Source of the DNA: the human T2T-CHM13v2.0 reference genome, Homo sapiens
NCBI RefSeq assembly: GCF_009914755.1
Contig: NC_060931.1
Length of the DNA stretch: 64,000 nucleotides
Direction: 5' to 3' (one strand)
Part shown: piece by piece, positions 29,401 to 46,137 of the stretch
Layout: the number at the start of each line of letters is the position of its first letter
Numbering within the stretch: position 1 is the first letter of the stretch
Position numbers and translations under genes: made by a program
The notes under the pieces: model-generated
Told to the model about the DNA's origin: nothing
The model's database searches: none
Seen by the model: only the letters and a program-made list of their open reading frames with translations

Positions 29401-30616
29401 TCAATATGATTCTGATCTTTGCTCCTCCAAATGTAAGGTGTTTTTACTTCTGGTTTCTTTCAAGATTTTCTCTTTGTCTTTGGTGTTCTGCAGATTAAAT
29501 ATAATATGCTTAGGTGTTGATTTTTTGGTATTTATTCTACTTGGTGTTCTCAGAGTTTACTGTATCTGCAGTTTAGTGTCTGTCATTCATTTTTTAAATA
29601 TTCTTATCCATCATTACTTCAAATATTTATTGTGGTCTTTTCATTATTCTTTTTTTTCTATTAGTATTTCATACTATAGCTCATAAGTTATACCTTTTGT
29701 AATTGTCCTTAGTCCTTGATGATTTTGTATAGTTTTATATTATTCTTATTTCACTTTGTCTCTTAGTTTAAGAGGCTTTAAATTTAATTCTTTCCTTGGT
29801 CATGTCGATTCTACTAATGAGCCCATCAAAAGCTTTCTTCATTTCTCTTAAAGTTTTTTTTTAATTTCTAGCATTTTATTTTTTAGATTTTCAATCTCTC
29901 TACTTACATTATCCATCTCTTTTTGTAAGTTTTTCACTTTTTACATTAAAGCTCTTAGCCTATTAATTATAGTTATTTTATTTTTATATTCCTGGTATTA
30001 TAGTTACAAAATTTATGTTTTATGTAAATCTGGATCTGGTGGTTGCTTTGACGTTTACAACTATGCTTGTTGCTTTTATTATGCCTTATAATTTTTGGTT
30101 GAAATCTAGATATGATGTACATGATAAAATGGACTTAGTTAGGACTTTAATATAAGGGTTTGTGTTTGTTTGTTTTGTTTATCTGGCTGGGGTTAGTCTG
30201 TGTTTACTCTTTGCTGTAGCTGTAGTGTTGGAGGTTAAATTTCCACTGGTGTCTCCTCTAATGTCTTTGGATTTTCCTAGAGATTTGTTCCTAAATAATA
30301 GCGTCTGAGGCTTGTAGTTCTTATAACTGTAATCCCCTATTATTTAACAGGATCTGTTGATGTGGTGGTCATCTTTGGGGGAAGGGAAAGTGTTCTGAAT
30401 ACCTGTGACTAAGTATTGGTTTTATTGAATGTATGTCCCTAAGTTTGACTTTCAAATGGCTTCTCAGATTTTTCTGCCCTCTTTCTCTTTAAGACAGGAA
30501 AGGTAGAAGAGGCTTGATTTGATTATTTTCCTTTCCTCATTTCAAGGAGTGGTAGGGCCTGGTGCTGGGTAATTTTCTTACCTCACTCACGCTTAGGTAA
30601 CACCCAAGTCTCTTAG

Positions 30617-30993
<377 letters not shown>

Positions 30994-31000
30994 ACAACTG

Positions 31001-31003
<3 letters not shown>

Positions 31004-31037
<34 letters not shown>
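31004..31037. repeat. Poly(T)34
   Basis: Read directly from the sequence. Confidence 0.95.
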
Positions 31038-31040
<3 letters not shown>

Positions 31041-32488
31041 TGTTACTTTTTTCCTATCCCTGCTGGAAACATGAGAAGATTTTTATTCATTTTTCACAAT
31101 GGGAACCTTTTGAGCTCCTGCAGGTAAAACTTACAAAATTTGGGCTGACCCCCACTCAAGAGTGCCCCTCCTGGTAGAGTTATTAATTCTCATGCTAATC
31201 CACACTGAGCCTCCAACAATTCATCAGCTCTGCTGTGTTTCAGTAGCAGGAATCTGCTCCTGCTCCCAATAAACTGTGATTCTTGGTATCCCTCTATCAC
31301 TCTAGTTTTTGGAGCAGCAATTTGCCCCGTGCTATCAATTATCCAATGGATCTAAGATTTGTTGATTTTAGTTTTATTTTTCTCTTTGTGAGGATGGGGG
31401 TCATGATTTCCAAACTTTTTACATGTTGAATTAGAAATTGGAAGTTACAGTAAACTATTTTTAATACTAATATGCACAAGCTTTAATTATATATTTTTTC
31501 CATTTTGTTTAACCCTTCCTATTGTGTTTTAAATACTTGCAGATATCATTCATCTTGCAATACTGAAGTCCATTTCTGTCAACTTTATTTTTTTATGCCT
31601 TGTTATTCATTTTCAATTGTCAGTTTTCCTCCTGATGTTTTTGCCTTCTTGTATGGCTTTCTTAAAAATTGATGCAGTATTTATAAATTGTAGAGATATA
31701 CTGAGGTCCTGGATACTTTTGCAGTATTTATTTATGCTTCTTGTAGGCAGCCAGGGCAAGGCAGATCTTAATTTATTCAAGATTGCAACATTCTATATAT
31801 GCATTTCAGTACATGTTAGGACATGTCTATTTCCAGGTCACTTTTATTTGAAAGATACCATTCTTTAGGTATCCAACAAAGCCTTTGATATTCACCTTGC
31901 CTGGGAAGGCCCTGAATTATTATTATTATTTTTTTGGCCTGAGCAGGTCCCTGGGACTTAGAAACCTTTCCTGAATTTTTAACCTGTCAGCTGCTACTTT
32001 TTCCTCAAGGAGAAAAGCATTATCGAATCCTCTACTCTCTTCTCCTGTCTTTCCTTATCTCATCGATTATATTCCTACAAATTCACATTATTTTGAAAAC
32101 TCTTTATTGTCTTCAGAATGTTTTCTTGTTTCACTTCATTTTTAATACAGAAATATAGCTTTTCTTATTCAATAAAAACATTGGTCAGAAATATCTTGTG
32201 ATTCTGCCAATGCCTGAATTCCACTTAATGAATATTAATCAATAAATAATAATATATAAAGAAAATTATAAATCAAGTTATTCTGACAATTAATTTAATT
32301 TAATTTGAACAAACCAAGGTTAGTCATATTTCCTTATTTTTGTCAAATGCATATACATGCTAAAGCTTCTTTGAATATTCAAAACGTGAATTTGGTAACT
32401 GAAGTTTATTTTAACAGTGTGTCCAAAAGGAAGTAACTCATTCTCATACTTATGTCAAAAAATTAACTTCAGATTTTGGAAACAAAAT

Positions 32489-33097
32489 TATTACCAGAAA
32501 GAAGTCCTGATTCAGACTCCAAGAGAGGGTCTTGGATGTTGTGTAAGAAAGAATTCAAGGTGTGACCAAAGAATAAAGTGAAAGTGAGATTATTAAAAAA
32601 GTAAAGGAATAAAAGGGTGGCTACTCCATAGGCAGAGCACTCCTGAGGACTGCTGGTTGGCTATTTTTATGTTTTTTTCTTGATAATATGCTAAACAAGG
32701 GGTGGAGTATTCATGAGTTTTCCACAAGAGGCAGGCAATTTCTGGAGCTGAGGGTTCCTCCCCTTTTTAGACTGTCTAAGGTAACTTCTGGACATTTGTA
32801 AACTGTCATGGTGATAGTGGGAGTGTCTTTTAACATGCTAACGGATTGCAATTAGCATATAATGAGCAATGAGTATGACCAGAGGTCACTTTTGTTGCCT
32901 ACTTGGATTTGGCAGGATTTGGCCAGCTTCTTTACCACAACCTGTTTTATCAGTAGGCTCTTTATGACCTGTATCTTGTGACATCAGTGCTACCAATCTC
33001 CTGTCTTATCCTGTGACTAAGAATGTCTAACGTCCCAGGAAGGCAACCCAACAGGTCTCATTCTCATTTTTTCACTCTGGTTTGAATGCCTTTGGCA
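32489..33097 (-). mobile_element. MER41 (B-like) solo LTR
   Basis: Colinear with the reverse complement of MER41B (ccaagagagggtcttggat...ggctactccataggcagagc...gctaaacaaggggtgg...tttgtaaactgtcatgg...gacctgtatcttgtg...cctgtgactaagaatg); TSD aaat/aaat. Confidence 0.9.
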
Positions 33098-33534
33098 AAA
33101 TATTGCTACATTTGGTGGCAATTGTAATACAAAACAGTCTTCGTATTATAATTAAATATTGAATAATTGAATATTCCAAAATTTAAAATTAGTTTTATCT
33201 GTTGATCTTGGAACTTCACTATTAAGTAAATAATTTTATGAGAGATGAAAATGGAGAGTCATTGAATTATTTCATTGATACTAAGAATGTCTAGTTTTCA
33301 CGAGACATTAATAATTCTTATAAGTAGCACCACTGGACTAGATGTCTTTAGATATTTGATGGTATTCTCACAAACTTTTGATGCGTATCTGTTGAAGCAT
33401 ATAATGTCCTTGTAGGCAATATGCATATAGTTATGTTGCCTGCTGCCAAGTAGATGAAGTAGCATGATGTCAGCCAGGTGATTAGACTGTCTCCAAGTAT
33501 AAGTAATTTACATTTATAAAATAAAGTATGATTT

Positions 33535-34266
33535 TGAAACTGCTTTTGCAAAAATTGCATCAGTGAAAAAATTATGCCAGTGGAGGAGATCTGATCTAGC
33601 CAATCCTCATCTTGTCTTTAGCCTTCAAGCTGCCCTTAATTACTCCTGGGTTTATGCATGCTAACTTAGGGAGACATTCAATTTGTAGTTTAAACGATAG
33701 TAGCACTTCCCCAAAACTCAACTGCCTTTGTAAAGCTAATGAGAGACCACCAGACTAGGATGATAGAGGAGGCTGAATTCTGCTAAGGTGTAGACATAGG
33801 TAATTGCCAGCCATTATTCTGGAGATCACAAGATATGCAGCTTCCCCAGTTGCTTCTACAGATAACATCGCTATTGTAGAACCTAAGATTGGCTTTTTGA
33901 GATACTTTTTCAGGTTTTTTTTATGTCTAGCTACCAATGGCTCTATCTGGACCCGCCAGCCACTCTTATGGCCTCACCCAGTAATGACTTAGCTCACAGG
34001 AGGACCATTTCCCACACCCCTGTGATTGCACGTTCAACCAATCAACAGCAAGCACCCATTGTCTAGCCACCCCTACCACTTCCTCCAAACTACCTTTGAA
34101 AAACTCTAGCCCCCAAATTTCTTGGGAGACTGATTTAAGTGATAATAAAACTCCAGTCTTTTATTTAGTTAGCCCTACCTGTGTAAAACTCTTTATTGCA
34201 ATTCCCCTGCCTTGGTAAATCAGCTCCATCTGGGGAGGGGCAAGAGGAACCCACTGAGTGGTTACG
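33535..34266 (+). mobile_element. LTR8 (A/B) solo LTR
   Basis: tgaaactgcttttgcaaaaattg...gctaatgagagaccaccag...gaattctgctaaggtgtagaca...gataataaaactccagtc...gaacccactgagtggttac. Confidence 0.85.
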
Positions 34267-35402
34267 TTGTTAAGTAGCAATTCCCTCATGTTAAAGATAA
34301 CATTGTAAACGCTGACTAAGAATTAGCTGGGCTTTTCACAGGGTCACTAAGAGAACTATCTGAGATAAAGTATATGGGTACATTCTTCATTTAAAAAATA
34401 TCAGTTACTTAATATTGGATTGTAACATTGAATTATAAACTTTTTACACTCATTGAGTCAGGCATCATCATACATGCTAGAGTAAGCAATAATGTTTTTC
34501 TTCTGGAAACTCTTTAGGGAACTATTTAAGTGCTTATTGTTAACGTGTCTTAAATCTTACAGAGTAGCTTTGAGATTGAGGTCTAAAAACATCAACAGCA
34601 AGATAATACCACACAGAACTCCCATCTCACAGGTCTCTGGATCTCAAACTATGCAAAACTAAAAACTAAGCAACATTCTATGGATCCAACACTTCCATTA
34701 TGCTTAATGTTTGTCAACGTTGTTTTAAATAATTGGTCTACTCCATTTTCAGGAATCTATCGGTAGGTCTTTTATTTTCTTCACAGATTACTTAATATCA
34801 TGGAAAATATCCTCTTATATACTGTTTAAGCTGCACACTATTCAATTGTATAATCTTACTGCAGTCAGAGCTGCAGGAGTCTCTCCCCAAATGTGGGGCT
34901 ATGCTCCTAGAAATTAGCATGGTTGAGAAAAAAAAATCTGTCTGTGTTTGGCAAGAACAACGTATCATAAAATAGGAGGTTTGGTGGGAAGTAATAAAGG
35001 CGTTACATATATAAGTGCACCTACACACGCAGAGAAATTTAGTTTCAGAAGGCAGCTGCTTCCAAAACGAACAAGACATAATTCATGTTACAAACCAGGT
35101 TCTACCAGTAACTGTCCTCTTTAACCACCTTATATTTTTCAGAAAAACTTGGTGTACTTTTATTTTCTTCCAAGGCAGAATCTCCAAAAATTTTGGTATT
35201 ATGTAACTCTATCACTTTAAGCATTTTATTAAAACTAGTCCTTGCTGGATTTAAATGCCATGCCCTTTTCCTTGAAATGCCTCCTTCTCCCCAGTCCCTT
35301 AACACCCTTTCACTAATTTCCGTTTTTCAGATTTTAGCAAATTGCTTATATCCTCAAGCAAATTGCTTGAGAAAATGTCCACATGACATTTTCTCAAAAT
35401 TG

Positions 35403-35837
35403 CAGTTGGCCTTTGAACAACACGAGGTGTTGGGGTGGCAGTCTCCCCCGCTGTTTAAAATCCATGTATAATTTTGACTCCCCAGAACTTAAATACTAAT
35501 AGCTTACTGTGGACAAGAAGCCTTATCGATAATATAAATAGTTGATTAACAAATATTTTAATGTTACATGCATCGTATACTGTATTTGTAAAATACAGTA
35601 ATCTAGAGAAAAGAAAATGTTCTTAAGAAAGTTATAAGGAACAGAAAACATATTTACTAGACAATAAGTGGAAGTGGGCCACAGTAAGTCTTAATTCTCC
35701 TTGTCTTCACATGGTGTAGGCTGAGGAGGAGGAGGAAGAGGAGAGGTTGGTCTCACTATCTCAGAGGTGGCAGAGAAAGAAAATCCATGTACAAGCGGAT
35801 CCATGCAGTACCAACCCTGTTGTTCAAGAGTTAACTG
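35403..35837 (+). mobile_element. Tigger2a (MER28) non-autonomous DNA transposon
   Basis: TIRs cagttggcctttgaacaac / gttgttcaagagttaactg with TA at the right end; 435 bp with the gaggaggaggaggaagaggag internal motif. Confidence 0.85.
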
Positions 35838-37722
35838 TAGTATAATGCATAGGCACTTTTTCTTGCCCTGCTCTTCTAGCCATTCTTACCAACACAACAT
35901 CATGGTTTGCGCTACACTGAGCATATTTAAAAATGACTGAGGACTTAAACGTTTGTGATACAAATCCAGTGCTATATCATCTCAGCACTATTTCTGGAAA
36001 AACAAGTTGCTGAACTAAAAGTGGGAATTCACCCAAAAGTCTTGTGAAATCTATTCATGGGTCTAGTGTGATCTACCAGATGAGGCTAGTGTGATTCTGT
36101 GTGTTCGTTTTATTGAAATGCAATGTGAAGGTGGTTTTATGGAGCTCTAAGAGGACATCTTGGTCTTAGAAGTGTACAGCATGGACTCTGACTCAAATGC
36201 TGCTTAGCTGGCCTTCTTCTGGGGACTTGTGTATATACAGAGACAAACAGCAGACAAAAGCCAAGACAGACAGAAATGCCCATGAGTGATTTCTTGCCTG
36301 AGGCCTGTTCAGAGCTGGGAATGGAGGCTTTCTTCTTACTTTATGCGCCCCCTGGTACCACCTAGGTGAAGATAGCAGGAAGGCAAGATCACCTTAAAAC
36401 TTCTGGATTTAACCCGTTCAGGACAGTAGTCCACATAAACATTGGCAAAAATATCATTTTCATGTATGCTTTGCAACCTGTGACATCAATTCGTGGGATT
36501 AGATAAAGTGGACTGAAATTGCAAGGTCAGTTTGGGTGATATTTAAAGACAGTTTGGTGACACCTGGCGTTTTTCAGAGCAATGAGGTTTTGTAGAGTGA
36601 AAGTTAAATTTGAGTAATTACAACTAACTTAGTTCACTTCATATCTTTTGGCTGAGTAAGCCTAGAAAAGTTGTGTTCTCTATAACAAATTATTTTGTTT
36701 ATTTACATGGTGGCTTTACAAGTATAGTGATAGCTGTTCATGTTAAAAAAAAAAGATAAGTATCCTAATTAAATATTGGTTTCTGATAATATGCAATCCA
36801 AAAATAAACTTGTAATACCTAAAATAATTAGGTGTTATCCAGAGAAGCTTCAGTGTTCATGTTTATTTTAGTGCTAATCATTTCCTCTCTTGATACAGTG
36901 TTTTTCTGATTAAAACATTTGGGCAGTCTGGAACTTTAGGACATATGAAAATTATACACTTTATAATTTTTAACATCCAAAGAGCGTGCTTTCTCGAGCA
37001 GGAATTTGTATAGTTCCATCTTAACCTCCATAGTTTAATTAGCCATCCATTTTTCAAAGTCTGGATATTTGTGAGGTTAGACCCAAATTTTTACTGACTT
37101 AATAAAGTCACTATTGTGAGCCAATGATATTCTTGATCAACAGACACTTCTTTTCCAAGTAGGCATTTGAGGTTCTACCATCCTCTTGTGCCATAAATTC
37201 CTGAGCTTCCAGAGAGCAGAACAGGAAAGAGTGGGTGAAGGCACATCCCAGAAGCAACTCATTTTGCATCGTTCATGTTCCATTTTGACAATTTGTCAAA
37301 CAGCCCCACACCAAAGAAGCACGGACTAGGACATGTAGGCCCTGGGTGGGCAACCATTTCCTAGCAACAACACTTCCATTAAAAGAGTAGTACGAAATTC
37401 GCTGTCTCTGCCCCACAAGTATCCTACTTCTTCACTTTCTCCAAAGTCCCAGAGGGTCAACAGAGCATTCATCTTCATTAGTATGAAGATATCGATAATG
37501 CTGTTGAGGCTCATTGTCCACACTGTTTCACAATGCTGGGGCCAGAGGAGAGAACCACGTCAGAAACTTAGTGGGATGAACTGAAATTATGATGGATTCA
37601 AATTTCAGCCCACTTCTGAGTAATGAAGGAAGAGATAATGATATTGTTCTGGGCTCAGAGACAGCAAGATGCCATTTTGTCCCCATCAATTCTCCAGAAT
37701 CCAGCAACACCTAGTGAGTTAA

Positions 37723-38388
<666 letters not shown>

Positions 38389-39468
38389 TAATGAGAAAAT
38401 GTAAATTTAAGAAAATGATATTAAAGAGAAAGCAGAAGATTACAATCAGGTGGCTAATCTGGTGCCATACACCAATATCCACATTAACACCAAAATACTA
38501 AAAGTTTACCATTTGACAGAGAGTAATGGAATTCTCTGAGCCATACCACAGTCTTTGAAGAAATATTATCTGGCTTGAAATGACATCTCTATCTTTAGTC
38601 AAGATCCAATGGCTCGTTGTTAAACATGAGGTCTTGGAAGAACCATTCTCAAAGACAAAACAAATGTTCTTTCTTCATATTGGTACACCCCCAAATCTGC
38701 TACTGTCTGCTTCAGCAGATTATTCTTCAGCAGATCATTATTATTATTATTATTTTGAGTCCTCCCCAAATAACGATTTTTATTAAACCAGCAACAATTA
38801 TTATACAAATAACTAATATTCATAGAACATAAATTTTATGTCGAGCAATCTGCTAATTATTCACAAATATATTATAAAGGTACCATTAATATCTGCATTT
38901 AAATATGAGCAAGTGGTGTTTCTGACTGCATATTTAGGTAGAAATGCTGACTCTTGTTTCATGTGTCTAAAGCAACTCATGCTCATCTCAGAAATCATTA
39001 AGCGAGGAACAGAAGAGTTAGAGCAATCCCATTGGCTAACAGGCCTTGCAAGGGAAGATTTTAAGCCTATTTATGAAGATGCTTGAAAGAAAGTGGTAAT
39101 AACAAATAATTTACCCAAATACATACAAAAAGGACTTGTGGAAGGCAGGGAACGAAAACTACCTGTCCTACGAAACCAGAAAGTACCTCATCTGTTTACC
39201 AGTTAAAGATTGAACCCAGGAAATGAACAAAAAAGAGGTTCATGTCTTCTAAGACTTGGGGCAGGGTTCTCCTGTATTAACGTCTCTAGTAGGAAGGATT
39301 CCTAAAGGTGCACTCCTTCCTCCAAGATTTCTGTCCCCTGGTTATTTAGTCAACCATTAATCCCAGTTTGGGAAAATGGTTTCTGTGCTTCAGATTTCAA
39401 ATTGACTTATTGATTTTTGTTTGTTTTATTTTCCTTACCTCTCACTATGTAAAAAATTACACATACAT

Positions 39469-40119
<651 letters not shown>

Positions 40120-41073
40120 CTAGATTGTGAAGAAGCTGTTCCCTTTACCTAATTCTAAAGTGAATTTTAATAGTTTCAAGTTGTTATTTTCCATTATCAT
40201 GCATTCCTGAATGAGGACAATGTATCTCTTCTTTGTTTTACCCCAACAGAAAACGTCTGTGGCTCTCTTATATCTCTACTGTCTGATATTTTATTTTCAG
40301 TGGTGGCCACCGTTTCCGACCAGCTCTGGCTGGGCTAGAGGAGGTGTCCATCCACCCCAGAACCCTTCCTGAGACTAACGGGCTCGGCCATGGTGATGTA
40401 ACCCAGGGGCAAGTTGTTTCTGAGAAGGTGGAGCCCTGGAAACCTCATGTTCTGTCTGAAGTTATTTATTTATTTATTTATTTAACAGGAAACTCAAAAC
40501 ACTTCCAGAGGCTGAAGATAGTTCCAGGACCAATGTTTTTGTCATCTTCACATAAACCAATGCAAGACAAAAAATGCTGACATATAATGTGCCAGTTATT
40601 CCTGTAGAAAGCAAAATTAACTCCATATATTTTAAGGGAAGTGGGTTCAATTCACAGAATTAGGTCCATACAAGACATCTGGAAGGAATAGAAGAGTGGG
40701 AGGCAGGCAGCCACTCCGTGCTCAGGATCACACCAAGTGGCAGGGAGGCATGGATGGAGCCCTGCCACTTCCGCTGCCCTGGCGCAGCCACACGTCCCTG
40801 CTGACGCTCGCCTTACAAGAGTCGTCTTGTCTTACTCAGACTGACTCCTTGCTGCTACTGGACAGTTGCACCTCTATGGTCATGCTTGCTGGCAGAAAGA
40901 GCAGCTGGAAGAAAACCTCCTGTCTGCCGTCTGTATCTCATGCCAGTGCTTCTAGCTGACAAATAGGGTTTTCATCCTGAACTTAACCTGCAAAGAGGTC
41001 TATATAGAAAAAGCAGATTTTATCTTTCCATCTTTCATTGTACAAGAACACTCCACTACAGAAGGCCAAACTT

Positions 41074-41472
<399 letters not shown>

Positions 41473-42459
41473 TCAATTTCCCAACACACAGTGTTCCCAG
41501 GACAGCCTTCTCCCTGCCCTCCATACAAACAATTCTCCGTTCGTATGTTTGTTTGGCTTGCAGCCTTAGAATGAAGAAGAAATTGTATCAAAAAAGACAT
41601 AATCCAAACACAGTTTTCTACTGTGGTATTCTGCTGCATCTTTGATTCAATTTCAGAGAATACACGATGTCAAATCTGTCTCTTTACTGCGTTGGGTTCA
41701 GCTGGAGCTGTTCCTTTATGTAGGCTAACAGGGACAGCACACACATCTTTTTCTTTAGTTTTTCTGTCTATCTTCAAATATCTCATTAATAAGGTAAATT
41801 GTAAGTTTTAGCAATAGCTTGGCTGTCAATCTTAATTTAGTGAGTTGTAAGTTTTGTTTGTTTCCTTTGTCTTAAAATACATTTAGTAGGTGCCGGAGAA
41901 GCTCTATCAGGAGGCGGTTTCTAGGAATAATGTAACCCAAACGTCCTATAGGTGATATTTATGGTAATTCATTAAATATGTATGTAGACAATCCTCATAA
42001 GATTTCAATATTCTGGTAGTAAGTTTAGTTAAATGTTGTGGAAGCTTTAAGCTATCAGAAATAAATGATGAAAACAGAGTAATATCTATTACTAACCATT
42101 GTTCTCATAGTTCTGTGGAAAATATCTGTGTTTAATTATCATTGAATCACAATTAAACCTATGGCAGATCCTTCTGGTACAAAGAGGAAAATCAAAATAT
42201 ACTTTGTGTATGCTCTAATTAACCCATAGTGGCTAGAAAACAGAGAAGTGGAAAAGTGGCACAATAAATCTTTATTGTTCCACTATTTTTTTCTGACACA
42301 ACCTTGTACATTATTTAGGAGCAAAGATAGGGCATTTTTGGACAATTATGCATAGGAGGAACTGAGTGGGTTTAATTTATATTGGCCAAGGTCTCCTCTA
42401 ACCCTAGTCTTATTAATTGAATAGAATTTCTGAATTATAGAGTTATTAATCTTTCTTTT

Positions 42460-43165
42460 CAGGATTTTTCATGGATTTTCAGTGATTCAATGAGTTTGGA
42501 TCCACTGTATTTTTTAAATGCTCAAATTTTCATAAATTTTCTGTTGAGAGCTCCTTCAAACTGGATATTAGGTTCTTTGCTATTATCCCATTACTACTTA
42601 AAAGCACATTTACTTTGTGGTAAAAGGTACACCAGGGTCTCATTCTATTCCCCCAACTGGAAATCAATCATTTCTCAAAGGAGCTTACATTAAACTTATT
42701 GGGAAAAGGTATTATAGGCTCCAATTTGGGTACCGTTTATTGCTGGTGTGCTCATTACTACTGACATGACATTGTCTTCAGGCTATTTCAAAGAGAAGAG
42801 CTAGAAACATCTCTAATGTATATCTATCTCTATATCTATTTCTATATTTATTTACAAATCTTGAGGTCATAGTGATATTTACAATTCAGTTCAATGTGAG
42901 ACATAACAGTGTCTCTGTTTCTATGATGTTATAATTTTAACAGTTTTTCTTACAACATTGACTACTAACTCCATTTACATAATACCTATAATAGGTGATA
43001 CTTCTACAAAAAAGCCAAATAAATAAAATTTAAAATTTATTCTTTTATTTATTCTTTAATGCATCACAGTAAGAATATACGGTGAAAATACTTTGTTAGA
43101 AAGTTCCATGAATTAATCTTTTCTTAGAGTGGTTTTGCAAATAATTTCATAAATAGCTGGGTTGA
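42460..43165 (-). mobile_element. L1MC4/5-type 3' region fragments
   Basis: ctggaaatcaatcatttctcaaaggagc...gtgtgctcattactactg...gagctagaaa. Confidence 0.55.
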
Positions 43166-43180
43166 TTTATGCAGCTGATC

Positions 43181-43530
43181 TTGTTATGGTTCCCAGTGAT
43201 TGTCTTCCTCCACTCCCCATTATTGTGAGATAATCACATACCTCCTCCAGTTGTTGTGTGACTTGCAGTTTCTCCCTGTGGAAACACAGTAATTCTACAA
43301 CTCTGTGGTTAGGTGTGGCTCTGTGAATTGATCTGCCAGTGGACGTGTCATGAGCCACTGTTGGGGAGAGAAGAGGCCTTGCCCTTTTACTCTTTCCTCT
43401 ATCAGGGGAACATCATACCTTTCTTACTGGCTGTCCCTTCAGCCTCAGGGCCCACTGTACACAAGACATACCTGACCTGCAGCCCAGTGAAAAGGCAATA
43501 AATGTGTTATTTTAAGCCCGTGGGATTACA
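43181..43530 (+). mobile_element. MLT1J-like MaLR LTR
   Basis: gtgtgacttgcagtttctcc...ggctgtcccttcagcct...gcaataaatgtgttattttaagcc. Confidence 0.55.
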
Positions 43531-44657
43531 TACATATAGAAATACAAATATAGTGAAGTCTTACATCCAACTGTGTCCTTGCTACCCAAACTCTTCTATT
43601 TCCTCTTCCAATATGTCATTATTTCTATGGTTTTAAGCTTAATCTCATGGTTTTTGTTTTGGAAATTAGGCAAACATGCAGTATATTAATGAAAATGGAG
43701 TGGTACTCCCCCAAATAAACTGATAGTGAACTCAATATATTTAAGCTCTTCTAACTTGCTTTGCTCTAACTTGCTTACCAGGAAACTTTATGAGCTACAC
43801 TTTTGCCTTATGAGTTTAACTAACTGCCCAGATGAAATGTATCCTGTGAAATACTAGTACAAGTTGTGCAAACAAATTGGGAATTATAAGAGAGTAAAAG
43901 GGGTTCTTCAAACATGAGCCTTGAGAAGTTCTAGTCTTGTGACCATCCCCAGCACCTATGGGAATGGACACACTTGGGCCTTCCCTAAGATGGCTGCTGC
44001 TTCTTAAATGTTTCCTCTAAGCACATCACCAGTTAATATAATTTCTGAGAGAAGTCTTGGCCTTCTTTAAAATAGTACCATCATTAAACTGGATCATTCA
44101 TGGCAGAGCAAGCCTAGTTAACTAGCTCTTAATCTGATTGGATGGAACAAAAATGCAAATTTTCCTTCTAAGCAAAACAACATGAAAAGAAACTATTGTT
44201 TCCCCTTAATTTCAACTCCATTTTCATACTTGAGACATGAGGAGGGAGAAGACGTTTGATTTTCATTGAGTACAAGGTTAAATTTGGATAGTGAGTATAA
44301 CATGCTTAGAAGAAATTGTGGTAATCTTTTTCAATAAGGTGATGAGGATAGAAAGAACTATTTTTTTTTTTGCATCCTCGATTGAGACAGTTTCTTTACA
44401 ATTGAAAAGAGAACTAACTGCAAAGATTCTGGAAGACGATGGCTTCCACAGTGCATCTATTTTGTTTTATTTTATTTTTTCTCTTTCCTATACTGATTAG
44501 TAGTAAATATCCTAAAATATAAGAGTCTTTTATTCTGAGAACTCCAAGGAGATAAAATGAAAAAGGAAGAGGGTTGGGTGGAAGAGTGCTGGGAAGTACT
44601 GAAACAGGAAAGCTCTAAGCTAGATAACAGATTCATTCACAGAGGTTCTGACAGGGG

Positions 44658-45058
44658 GTTTTCTGTCCGCAGGGGCTGCCATAACAAAATAGTACAAATT
44701 GCTGGTTTCAATACAGGTATTCATTTCCTCACAGTTCAGGGGGCTGGACATCTGGGATTTGGATGCATGGTCAGGGTCTGAAGAGGGCCCTCTTCTGGGC
44801 TCACAGAGGCTGCCTCCTCTCTGTGTCCCACGTGACCTTGCCTTGGTGTGTGCATGGAGAGTGAGCAATCACCTTTTCCTTTTCTTATAAGGACATCGAT
44901 TCTATCAGATTAGAGCCTCTTCCTTATGACTTTAAGCCACTTACCCCCAAAAAGTCCAGTTCTCTAAATATAGCCACACTGAGAGTGAGGATTTTGACAT
45001 AGGAATTTTGGCAGAGGTGGGCTTTGAGGGAGGGAATATCACAATTCAGCCCATATCA
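44658..45058 (-). mobile_element. MLT1A/B MaLR solo LTR
   Basis: ggctgccataacaaaata...ttcctcacagttc...cttataaggaca...cacaattcagcccata. Confidence 0.75.
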
Positions 45059-45778
45059 AGGGTTTTAGCGTATGAGACAGAAAAGCCCACAATGGCACGT
45101 GGAAGGAGTAACACCTAGATGTTTCATTTTTCTATCACTTTTTAACATTCTTGTCTAATGATGAGAATAAATCATTATTATTTTAGAAACACACATATAT
45201 CTTGCAAAGATATAATAGGAAATTTAAAAATACATATATATCACGACACTAGAAATGCCTGGTAAAATAAAGATAGACATTACGATTCTATAATTTTTCA
45301 AATTACAATGAGACCAGAGTAAAAAGAAGCAGACTTTATGTGACATTTCATCTTAACAAGGAAAAAAGATGAGAGGAGATAACAACATTTAGAAACAGAA
45401 AGATTATTTAAGATTAGAAGAAATTCCAATTACTTTTCTGAAATTAATAGGAAAAATTATAATCAATGAGTTCTTAAAATTGTGTGAAGATATTCAAAGG
45501 TTCAGTGGAAGAGGATTAGCATTTATACCCTGAGAAAATCTCACAGTCCCCTATAATTTGATAGTGACAGTTAGTGGTTTGATATCAACCTGAGATCATT
45601 TGCTTTTAGACTTAAGAGTATATTTACTATCAGTGAAGATCCAAACATACTCTAGAAAATGTTGAGAGCAGATAAAAGTTTTTGAATGGTTTCAAGGTCA
45701 AATGTTTCTGGAAATTATTATATTACATTGAGAATACATTTTAACTGTGTGTACAATTTAAATATATTAAAATTAGCA

Positions 45779-46137
<359 letters not shown>

